From the NCBI GenBank assembly GCA_037481775.1, contig JBBFKZ010000022.1, positions 1 to 27,038 on the forward strand: 27,038 bases of DNA, given 5' to 3'. Within the stretch, counting starts at the first letter, position 1. Every line of letters starts with the position of its first letter. A model generated the notes under the pieces. That model ran no database searches. It saw only the letters and a list, made by a program, of their open reading frames with translations, and had not been told where the DNA came from. The translations under genes were made by a program, and so were the position numbers. Below are positions 10,153 through 17,884 of the stretch, in pieces. The stretch is from Candidatus Bathyarchaeia archaeon (GTDB lineage Archaea; Thermoproteota; Bathyarchaeia; Bathyarchaeales; Bathycorpusculaceae).

Positions 10153-10563
10153 ATGGTAAACCCACAAAAAGAAGCCCAAATCAAACTAATGAAAGGTCTC
10201 TTAGATTTGATTATTTTGCAGTTTCTAAGCGGCGAGCCTATGCACGGCTACCAGGTCATAACCAAAATACGGCGAACATTCGGCGTCTACTTCGGCCCAT
10301 CCACCATATACCCGATGCTGGCAGCACTGGAAAAGAAAGGCTACGTACACAGCGAATGGAACATGAGCAGCGAACGCCCCAGAAAAATCTACAAACTAAC
10401 CGCCGAAGGACAAAACATGCTCAACTTCACAGAAAACTCACTAAACCTCATATGCCAAAAAATAGGCACCTCATCAAATATGGCTGTTGCCGTTGAATCC
10501 TCTAAAGCAGCAACGTTCAGTCCAATGCTTAAAAAAGTTAGGTCACATCCGCCACTCATTTAA
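10153..10563 (+). CDS. PadR-family transcriptional regulator
   Basis: KGLLDLIIL..PMHGY, PSTIYPML..LE.KG, RPRKIYKLT.EG. Start moved to ATG 10153, because the upstream extension in the ORF track is low-complexity intergenic sequence. Confidence 0.9.
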   Translation: MVNPQKEAQIKLMKGLLDLIILQFLSGEPMHGYQVITKIRRTFGVYFGPSTIYPMLAALEKKGYVHSEWNMSSERPRKIYKLTAEGQNMLNFTENSLNLICQKIGTSSNMAVAVESSKAATFSPMLKKVRSHPPLI

Positions 10564-10735
10564 CTCCTGCTTTCTTCACATGGCAATTGCACAAGCGCCT
10601 CTTCAACATATACTGATAGGCAAGGGTGTCCTCTGCTGATCTTTGTTATTGCTTATGAAGCGGTTAATTTTTTGCGAAAATGTTAACATGTTAAGAAATT
10701 ATATTTCTACAACTATCCTCTAAATTAGTACTGTA

Positions 10736-12442
10736 GTGCAGGGTGAAGATTTGGTTCAAAACTCCAGCGACACATGCAATGAACTACATCAGATTCTCAG
10801 TTTCTGTAGACACGTCGCTGGCTCAGCACCAATTACTGCCATAAGTATACTCGGCGAGTATCCAACGGGAAAATCAGAGGCAAAAACCGCTCTTGAAGTA
10901 GTTTTGGTAATCCGTGATTTCCAGCCCCGACTAATGAGTTATGTCAAAAACGTCAACAGAAGAATCGTATTTGTTTTTGCAGTTGATCAGTGGATTTTCG
11001 AAAGAGATGTCGAGCGAGGATTTCTAGGCGAAGCGCTAGCCGGCTCATTAATTTTCCCTTACACAGCCCTCTACGGCAAGGATTACCTTTATGCACAAGA
11101 AATAACATTGAAGAAACGTTTAATCCTTGAGCTATTAGAAAACCTGGTTCAAACCTTTCCAGAACTCTCTTACAGTATTCACATCAAACCAGAATATTTT
11201 GTTTATGAAGTCATGCTTAACAGAATTAGGATTTTTCCTCCGTTGGCTTACAGCTTGTCAAAATATATAAATGGCATTCCTAAAAAAGAATCTGAATTCA
11301 TTCTCTATAGTTACATGGAAGTCTTAAAACAGCTTGAAAAAGAGAAAAAAATTATTTTTTCAGATAACTATGTGAAGCTTCACAAAAAATTTGTAGCTGA
11401 AAGCAAAAATCCAAAAGTTCGTTTAGCAAACATCTCGAAGAGCGCGCCGAGAGCGCTATTCACTTCAGTATTTAGTGTTTTGCCGCAACTTCTAAACTTT
11501 TTCTCGCAGAATACTGAGGTTCTTCTGAACTTTCAAAAATTCGCCATAAATCGCGAATCTGACCTGCAACAGCACCTTATAGACTCGCAAAAGTACATTT
11601 TTGTTCCCACAGCGCAAGGTCTGGTTTCTTTAGCTGACAAAGTTGACGTTAACACCTTTGTCCAAAAAATGCTTTTTAACGGCAAGAAAGCGGACATCAC
11701 ATTTGAGAGGGTTGGCGGCGTTTTAAATGATGTGTACCTACTCAAAGCTTGCTCTGATGGCGTAGAGAAGAAAGTTATTGTTAAGCGGTTTAAGGATTGG
11801 TCAGGCTTCAAGTGGTTTCCGCTGGCATTGTGGTCTTTTGGCGCCCGCTCCTTTGTTGTTTTGGGGCGATCTAGGCTTGAAGGAGAATGTGCAATAAGCG
11901 AACGCCTGCGTTGTGAAGGATTTAATGTTCCAAAGATTCTACACGTGAACCACAATGAACGCCTAGTCTTCATGGAATACATAGAAGGAGAAAACCTAAG
12001 CAATGCTATCAAACGCATTGCCGCATCAGAAAACATAGAAAAAGATCTGGCCAAAATAATGGCGGTAGGCGAGATTTTTGCAAGAGTGCATTCTCTTGAC
12101 ATCACATTAGGCGACACGAAACCAGAAAACATAATATCCAGCATAGACGGCAGGATTTACCTGCTGGACTTTGAGCAAGCTTCTCATGGCGGAGACAAAG
12201 CATGGGACGTAGCCGAGTTTCTGTATTACGCAGGTCATTATTTGCCGCCTTTCTACGGCAATGGAAAAGCCGAAGCAATTGCGAAAGCCTTCATAAACGG
12301 TTACTTGAAAGGCGGCGGCAATTCGGGCGTCATAAAGAAGGCAGGTACATCTAAGTATACGAGAGTTTTCAGCGTTTTCACCTTGCCATCTATACTATTA
12401 GCTATGTCACAAGTTTGTAGAAAAACCGAAGCACTGAGATGA
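10736..12442 (+). CDS. Uncharacterised kinase-like protein (Kdo/RIO/Bud32/APH-like C-terminal domain) with a long N-terminal region
   Basis: C-terminus has GGVLNDVY, IVKRF, MEYIEG, LGDTKPEN (catalytic loop), LLDFEQ and DVA. Start uncertain (GTG 10736 or a nearby TTG). Confidence 0.7.
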   Translation: MQGEDLVQNSSDTCNELHQILSFCRHVAGSAPITAISILGEYPTGKSEAKTALEVVLVIRDFQPRLMSYVKNVNRRIVFVFAVDQWIFERDVERGFLGEALAGSLIFPYTALYGKDYLYAQEITLKKRLILELLENLVQTFPELSYSIHIKPEYFVYEVMLNRIRIFPPLAYSLSKYINGIPKKESEFILYSYMEVLKQLEKEKKIIFSDNYVKLHKKFVAESKNPKVRLANISKSAPRALFTSVFSVLPQLLNFFSQNTEVLLNFQKFAINRESDLQQHLIDSQKYIFVPTAQGLVSLADKVDVNTFVQKMLFNGKKADITFERVGGVLNDVYLLKACSDGVEKKVIVKRFKDWSGFKWFPLALWSFGARSFVVLGRSRLEGECAISERLRCEGFNVPKILHVNHNERLVFMEYIEGENLSNAIKRIAASENIEKDLAKIMAVGEIFARVHSLDITLGDTKPENIISSIDGRIYLLDFEQASHGGDKAWDVAEFLYYAGHYLPPFYGNGKAEAIAKAFINGYLKGGGNSGVIKKAGTSKYTRVFSVFTLPSILLAMSQVCRKTEALR

Positions 12443-13794
12443 AACTACACATGGTAAGGACTGAAACAAAGTTAACTTTCTATGGCGGCGTCAACGAAAT
12501 AGGCGGAAACAAAATTCTGCTTCAAGACAAAGACACACGTGTATTTTTCGACTTCGGCATGTCCTTCAGCATGAGGAAACAATTCTACTCTCCGCCTTTC
12601 CTTTCGCCTAAAAGTGAAAGCAGCCTCCAAGAGCTGGGGATTCTCCCGCGAATCAAAGGCGCCTACAAGTTCGACCCTAGCCCAGCAGAGGTTGACGCCG
12701 TTTTCATATCACACGGTCACCTGGATCATTGCGCTTATTTATCATTTATAAAACGCGAAATTCCAATATACTGCGGAGAAACAACGCAGATAATTCTGCG
12801 GGCGCTCAGCGAAATCCGCCGAGCAGACCTCGAGTTCAGCGTTTCCGACATAGCGTTCAAGCCGTTCCGCACAGGCAATAAAATCAAAGTGGGCAGCTTG
12901 GAGATTGAGCCATTCCACGTAGACCATTCGGTTCCGGGCGCTTACGGTTTTCTCATCCACACTTCAAACGGCACAGTAGTTTACACTGGCGACTTCAGGG
13001 ATCACGGCGCCAAACCCGCGCTAACTCGTGATTTTGTGGAGCACGCGCGAAAAGCCGAGCCCACCGCGATTATAACCGAAGCTACAAACATGACTGGCGC
13101 GACTGTGTCATCCGAAGTGGAGGTTGAAAGCAAATTGGATAGTATAGTGGCGGCTGCGGATGGTATTGTGCTCGCGGAATTCAGCTATTCAGATGTTGAT
13201 CGATTGAACTCTTTCTATCATATAGCCAAGAGGAATCAGAGATGCTTGGCAGTTTCGCTGAAGCAGGCACATCTGCTGGAGGCGCTTCGAAGGGACAGGG
13301 GCTTAAGTGTCCCGGCGCTTGATGACGAGGGAATATTGATTTTTCGAAAGTCGAAGAAGCGCTTTGACAAGTGGGAAAGCCAGCTGATTGAGCAGTACAG
13401 CAAGCGAGGCAAGATTTTTGATGTCTTCGATGTTTCGAAGCAGCAGTGCAAGGTGGTGCTTGCGGTTTCCTTTCATGATTTTGAGGAGCTTATTCAGCTT
13501 AAGCCTGTGGCAGGCAGCTGCTATGTGCTTTCAGCTTCGGAGCCTTTCAATGAGGAGATGGAGCTTGATTATGAGCGGTTGATAAATTGGCTGAGGCACT
13601 ATGGATTGCCACAATACCACGTACACGTCTCAGGACATATTATGCCGCTAAAGCTGAAGAAGGTGCTTAGGGAAATCGATGCCGCACGGATCTTCCCCAT
13701 TCACACTGAAAGCGCAGACCTGTTCGCAAAGTTCATGCGCGACTTGAAAGGAAAAGTAACACTTGTTGAAAAAAGCCGTGAGTATCAGCTGTAG
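12439..13794 (+). CDS. Metallo-beta-lactamase / beta-CASP hydrolase, RNase J-like
   Basis: GGVNEIGGN, DFG, SHGHLDH, DHS, YTGDFR, HVSGH, PIH motifs. ATGA overlap with the kinase gene; start could be ATG 12451. Confidence 0.82.
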   Translation: MKLHMVRTETKLTFYGGVNEIGGNKILLQDKDTRVFFDFGMSFSMRKQFYSPPFLSPKSESSLQELGILPRIKGAYKFDPSPAEVDAVFISHGHLDHCAYLSFIKREIPIYCGETTQIILRALSEIRRADLEFSVSDIAFKPFRTGNKIKVGSLEIEPFHVDHSVPGAYGFLIHTSNGTVVYTGDFRDHGAKPALTRDFVEHARKAEPTAIITEATNMTGATVSSEVEVESKLDSIVAAADGIVLAEFSYSDVDRLNSFYHIAKRNQRCLAVSLKQAHLLEALRRDRGLSVPALDDEGILIFRKSKKRFDKWESQLIEQYSKRGKIFDVFDVSKQQCKVVLAVSFHDFEELIQLKPVAGSCYVLSASEPFNEEMELDYERLINWLRHYGLPQYHVHVSGHIMPLKLKKVLREIDAARIFPIHTESADLFAKFMRDLKGKVTLVEKSREYQL

Positions 13795-13847
13795 CCGAGA
13801 GCATTTATTACTCTCTGCAGACAGAAGAATATGCACGTGTGAGTTCG

Positions 13848-14123
13848 ATGAGTGAAGTTTGGTATTATAAGGGCTTGTATAAGGTTAAGGTAGTAACTGA
13901 AAGCGAAGGCTACTGGATTATCGAAGCGCTTGAAGAGTTTGAAGACCTCATTAACGGGGAGAGGGTCAAGGTTAAAGTCGGCGAGCAACGCATCGTGCCC
14001 TCTGACGCGGTTTTTAAGCAGAAACACTTGGCTCCACCAGTAAAAGAGCACGCCTACGAATTGAAGATGGAAAAGAAGCTGAAGCAGTTAATCGCTGAAG
14101 ACGAAAAGCAATGCAAGGACTAA
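13848..14123 (+). CDS. Hypothetical protein (beta-rich N-terminus, charged C-terminal helix)
   Basis: Clean ORF with protein-like composition, on the same strand as its neighbours. Start ATG 13848 or GTG 13839. Confidence 0.7.
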   Translation: MSEVWYYKGLYKVKVVTESEGYWIIEALEEFEDLINGERVKVKVGEQRIVPSDAVFKQKHLAPPVKEHAYELKMEKKLKQLIAEDEKQCKD

Positions 14124-14231
14124 AAGCTGGCTGTGCTGCAGAAATTTTAGCAGCAATCTTTAGTGTCAATTCTGTTTACTGCTTCATAAGCTATAAGCCC
14201 GCCAAAGCAGTTGATTATTTTACGATCATCG

Positions 14232-14471
14232 ATGACGCTTTCGCCAGTGTTCAGCCGAAGAATTCGCATCATATTCCATAGTTTAGGCTTAAGTTGCTTA
14301 GGCGGCGCCATCTTCCTCCAAGCGCTGGTTTTCGCGGATATTCTCCGGCGCGGATACTTCATGGCGGTGGAGCAGAACCCAGCTATACTCGCATTCGAAA
14401 TTGCGTTGACGGTTTTCGCCATAATCTACTTCATCTACATTTACCAGCGCCTAATGCGTCAAGTTCCCTAA
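14232..14471 (+). CDS. Small two-helix membrane protein
   Basis: Two hydrophobic segments (IIFHSLGLSCLGGAIFLQALVF; AILAFEIALTVFAIIYFIYIY). Start ATG 14232. Confidence 0.65.
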   Translation: MTLSPVFSRRIRIIFHSLGLSCLGGAIFLQALVFADILRRGYFMAVEQNPAILAFEIALTVFAIIYFIYIYQRLMRQVP

Positions 14472-14610
14472 GTCACCTAGCGTCCTTTTCAGTCACGTTT
14501 TCAAAATACGTATCCACTTTTCATTCCGCATTATCAAAAGGGCCTACGCAGACATTCAAAGCTTAAATGATTCACATTCATCTTACTTTTTCTGTTAGGA
14601 GAAAAATCCA

Positions 14611-15408
14611 TTGGTAGACGAGAAAATAGCTGAAGGCGACTACGTGCTTCTCTGCTTGGATCCACGCCGCACATACCTCGTGCGGGTTGAAGCTGGAAAA
14701 ACCTTTCATACGCATAAGGGCTTCATAAAACTTGATGAACTCGTGGGCAAGGAGTTCGGCGTCGCCGTGCCAAGCAGTGTGGGCGTAGAATTCACGGCGC
14801 TGAAGCCTTCACTGACGGATTACATCATGAAGTCGTCCCGCAAGACGCAGATAACCTACCCGAAAGACGCCGCGTTAATCGTCATGTTCAGCGGCGTCGG
14901 CCCGGGAAGCCGCGTTGTAGAGTCAGGCACCGGAACTGGCGCCTTAACAACGGCGCTTGCGCATTACGTGAAACCAGACGGCAAAGTATACACCTACGAG
15001 CTACGTGAAGAATTCCAAAAAAATGCTGAGAAAAACTTGAGACGCGCAGGTTTGTTGGATGTTGTGGAGTTAAAAAGCGGCGATGTCACCGCTGGCATTG
15101 AAGAACGCGATGTTGACGCCGTTGTGCTTGATTTGGCGGTTCCATGGCTGGTTGTGCCGCATGCTTATCAAGCGTTGAAGCCATCGGGAACAATAGTTTC
15201 CTTTAGCCCAACAATTGATCAAGTCGTCAAAACCACTGAAGCGCTAAAAGAAAACGGCTTTGTTTTCATAGAAACGGTGGAGTGCTTAATGCGAAGCATG
15301 CAAGTGGAACGTGGTAAAACCAGACCGCATACAATGATGACTGGGCATACCGGCTACATCACGCATGCACGCAAAGCCCTTAAGACGACGCAGCAGACAC
15401 CAGCTTGA
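14611..15408 (+). CDS. trmI: tRNA (adenine-N1)-methyltransferase (m1A57/58)
   Basis: FHTHKG, RKTQITYPKD, VVESGTGTGALT, YELRE, VLDLAVPW, FSPTIDQV, HTGY. Confidence 0.93.
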   Translation: MVDEKIAEGDYVLLCLDPRRTYLVRVEAGKTFHTHKGFIKLDELVGKEFGVAVPSSVGVEFTALKPSLTDYIMKSSRKTQITYPKDAALIVMFSGVGPGSRVVESGTGTGALTTALAHYVKPDGKVYTYELREEFQKNAEKNLRRAGLLDVVELKSGDVTAGIEERDVDAVVLDLAVPWLVVPHAYQALKPSGTIVSFSPTIDQVVKTTEALKENGFVFIETVECLMRSMQVERGKTRPHTMMTGHTGYITHARKALKTTQQTPA

Positions 15409-15447
15409 ACCTCCCCTTTTTCAGCGGGTAGTCCGCGCGTTCGTCAA

Positions 15448-17037
15448 CTATGCGGTTGCTGCCACCTCAGGTAGGCTTAATCTCCAGAAGGCTTCTTTCA
15501 GTTGTTCGCTGCGTGTCCAGCCGTAATAGAGACCTGCTATTTTACCAAAGCTTGGAATGAACACGTTGTTTATGAACTTAAAGAGTATTGGGTTGCGGAT
15601 TCTGTTTTCTAGGAAAGTTGGTTTCCAAATTTTGATGTTGTATTCCCAGCAGCGAATGAAGAAGTCCCACCTTGCCCTTGTCAACGAGTCCAGTTCTGCG
15701 CCTCTCTTATTCATCAACATGCAGTTTTCGAGAGGGACAAAAAAGAGAGGCACATAAAACGCCTTATAATCCTTCAGCTTGTCCATAAGTTCAAGTGTTT
15801 CCAAGACATCTTCTTCTTTCTCGTCTGGAAGCCCTATGATCAAGGTTGCCAGTGGGCACCAGTCATTATCATTTAGTATTCCAAAAGCGCTTGTAACAAT
15901 TTCTTGCCACTGCTCAGGCTTGTAGGGCAGCATTTTACCAGCCATATACTTTTTCATAAGCCGTGTGCTGCCCGTCTCTATGCCTGTTTCAGCTGTGACT
16001 ATGGCTTTTTTATCAAGTGAATACCAGCTGTGCTCAATTAGAATCTCCGCTAATTCCTTAATCATCTGAGGATTATTAACCACAGGCGCTAAAGACATGT
16101 GGGAAATTTGGATACTTTTGACGCCGGGATGATCACCCACGCTTTTCACCAGTTTCACCACGGCTTCTTTGTTTGGAATGAAGCTGTTGCTTTTCGCGCC
16201 GTACAGGAAGATGTCTTCTGTAATCAAAGTTATGTGGTCGCTGCCTTCCCTCGTGGTCACCTCAACCTCGCGCATAACACGGTCCAAGGGCACATCCACT
16301 CGAACTTGCATTGTAGGCGTGCAGAATTGACAGTTTCTTCCACACCCCTTCGAGATTTCAACTTCACCGTGAATGGCGGCATGCTTAACTAAAGGCATGG
16401 TTCCATAATCCCAGTTGCCCCTGTTCTCGTCAGCACGAACCACCCGCTGCAGTGGTTCTCCGTTAACTGCTTTCTTAAAAACTTCAACTATGACGTCGGG
16501 TCTTCCCCCGATGACGACGCAGTCCACGCCGTATTTGTCAGTCATCTGCTTGCGCTCCAGCTGCCAAGAGCCGAAGCCGCCAACGATTATTTTCGGTTTG
16601 AATTTTTTGATGCTTGGATGATTTACCAACTTCCGGAACTCTATGGCGTTCATTGATTCGCCGCCGCCGATAACCGAAGAATAAGTCTTGCTAACGTAAC
16701 CCATGCCAGTGGGATCCATGGAAGAGATTCCGACAACTTTGGTGTTTGGCCCAACAAAATTATCCAAGTCAAAGGGATGCGCTACAATCACATCAGACTC
16801 GGAGAAGCCATTTTCTAAAAGCATGGCTTCAACCTTTCTTAAGCCATAAGGCGCATATTTGGCTCTGCCGTCAGAACAACGTGGAACTGGAGGATAAAGA
16901 GTTTTTCTGGCGAATCCGAGTGGAATGGGCCCCAAACCGAAGCCTGCGGAGAAAGCCAAAAAAGGATTATTGGCGAAGTCACTCATCTCTGTTGCCGAAG
17001 CGGTAAGCACAATTTTGACGCTTGAAGGTTTAGTCAT
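15448..17037 (-). CDS. B12-binding-domain radical SAM protein, GDGT ring synthase (Grs)/GMGT synthase (Gms)-like
   Basis: EISKGCGRNCQFC (CxxxCxxC), N-terminal KIVLTA...KYAPYGLRKVEA and VVGISSMDP, GIETGS, IIGLPDE, VPLFFVP. Start moved to ATG 17037. Confidence 0.75.
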   Translation of the reverse strand: MTKPSSVKIVLTASATEMSDFANNPFLAFSAGFGLGPIPLGFARKTLYPPVPRCSDGRAKYAPYGLRKVEAMLLENGFSESDVIVAHPFDLDNFVGPNTKVVGISSMDPTGMGYVSKTYSSVIGGGESMNAIEFRKLVNHPSIKKFKPKIIVGGFGSWQLERKQMTDKYGVDCVVIGGRPDVIVEVFKKAVNGEPLQRVVRADENRGNWDYGTMPLVKHAAIHGEVEISKGCGRNCQFCTPTMQVRVDVPLDRVMREVEVTTREGSDHITLITEDIFLYGAKSNSFIPNKEAVVKLVKSVGDHPGVKSIQISHMSLAPVVNNPQMIKELAEILIEHSWYSLDKKAIVTAETGIETGSTRLMKKYMAGKMLPYKPEQWQEIVTSAFGILNDNDWCPLATLIIGLPDEKEEDVLETLELMDKLKDYKAFYVPLFFVPLENCMLMNKRGAELDSLTRARWDFFIRCWEYNIKIWKPTFLENRIRNPILFKFINNVFIPSFGKIAGLYYGWTRSEQLKEAFWRLSLPEVAATA

Positions 17038-17144
17038 ATTTTCCCTTCTTTGTCTCCCCTGCAAATAGTGAAAAAGAATGTTTTCTAACCCTATTAAAAA
17101 TTACTGTTTGCCGCGCATCGGGCTGGCACAGTTACGCTGGATAA

Positions 17145-17212
17145 TTGCCGTCCGAGTAACTCTGAACTTTCATCCGTAATGGTCAAGCTAATGCCTTCTC
17201 ATCATCCGGCAA
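17145..17212 (-). ncRNA. Box C/D methylation-guide sRNA (dual guide)
   Basis: Minus strand: TTGCCG-G-ATGATGA(C)-GAAGGCATTAGC-TTGA(D')-CCATTAC-GGATGA(C')-AAGTTCAGAGTTACT-CGGA(D variant)-CGGCAA. 6-bp terminal stem and upstream TATA-like element. Confidence 0.7.
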
Positions 17213-17232
17213 AAATACTAAGCCAAACTGAA

Positions 17233-17240
17233 GATAAAAG
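17233..17240 (-). promoter_or_regulatory. Candidate TATA box for the C/D sRNA
   Basis: CTTTTATC on the minus strand, 21-28 nt upstream of the predicted sRNA 5' end. Confidence 0.45.
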
Positions 17241-17344
17241 TGTTCTTGAGGCGTTTTTAGTTTAAGCATCAAAATGAATGCGAGTGGGTTGTAACCTTTT
17301 TAACTCAAAAGGCCAAATCAATTATTAAACTTGAAGATGAGATT

Positions 17345-17749
17345 ATGCCCATAAAATACTATGCTGCCCCAGACATAAAAAAGCAAGTAGACGCTATTGC
17401 ATCCGAGTTAAACTTTCATCATGTTGTACCTCAATTCGTTTTCTGCGTTCGAAGCAAGGGATCTAAAGCTAAACGCACAATCGCCCGAATTCACGGCTTG
17501 GGAAAAATCTGGCAATCCGTTCTAAACCTTCCGCCGTCCTACACCATCGAAGTCATATCCGAAATCTACGACAAAATGTCTATAGCGGAAAAAGAGAAAA
17601 CACTCATCCACGAGCTTCTGCACATCCCAGGCGGCTTCTCAGGCGGCTTCCGCCCGCATAAGGGATACGTGGAAAGAGAAATTGTCGAGAAGCTTTATAG
17701 GAAGCTTCAACAAGTAAGAGCTTCAAAAAATTTCGACTGCGATTTATAA
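17345..17749 (+). CDS. Small putative zinc metallopeptidase (HExxH)
   Basis: TLIHELLHIP...GGFRPH; RSKGSKAKRTIARIHGL. Basic, 134 aa. Confidence 0.75.
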   Translation: MPIKYYAAPDIKKQVDAIASELNFHHVVPQFVFCVRSKGSKAKRTIARIHGLGKIWQSVLNLPPSYTIEVISEIYDKMSIAEKEKTLIHELLHIPGGFSGGFRPHKGYVEREIVEKLYRKLQQVRASKNFDCDL

Positions 17750-17884
17750 TATCTGGTATGTAACATTTTTAAGGAACAAAAAGACTGAAAAAGAAGCCAT
17801 CCTTGCAAAATCACAAAAGCAAAGAGCCATGTCGCAAAAGATGTTTCAAACAAAGTTCACCGATCGTTTCAGGAGGGTTCCTTA

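Noticed and set aside
10564-10680. Possible second C/D sRNA (TTGAAGA and GTGAAGA on the minus strand)
   Set aside because: No properly spaced D/D' boxes or terminal stem.
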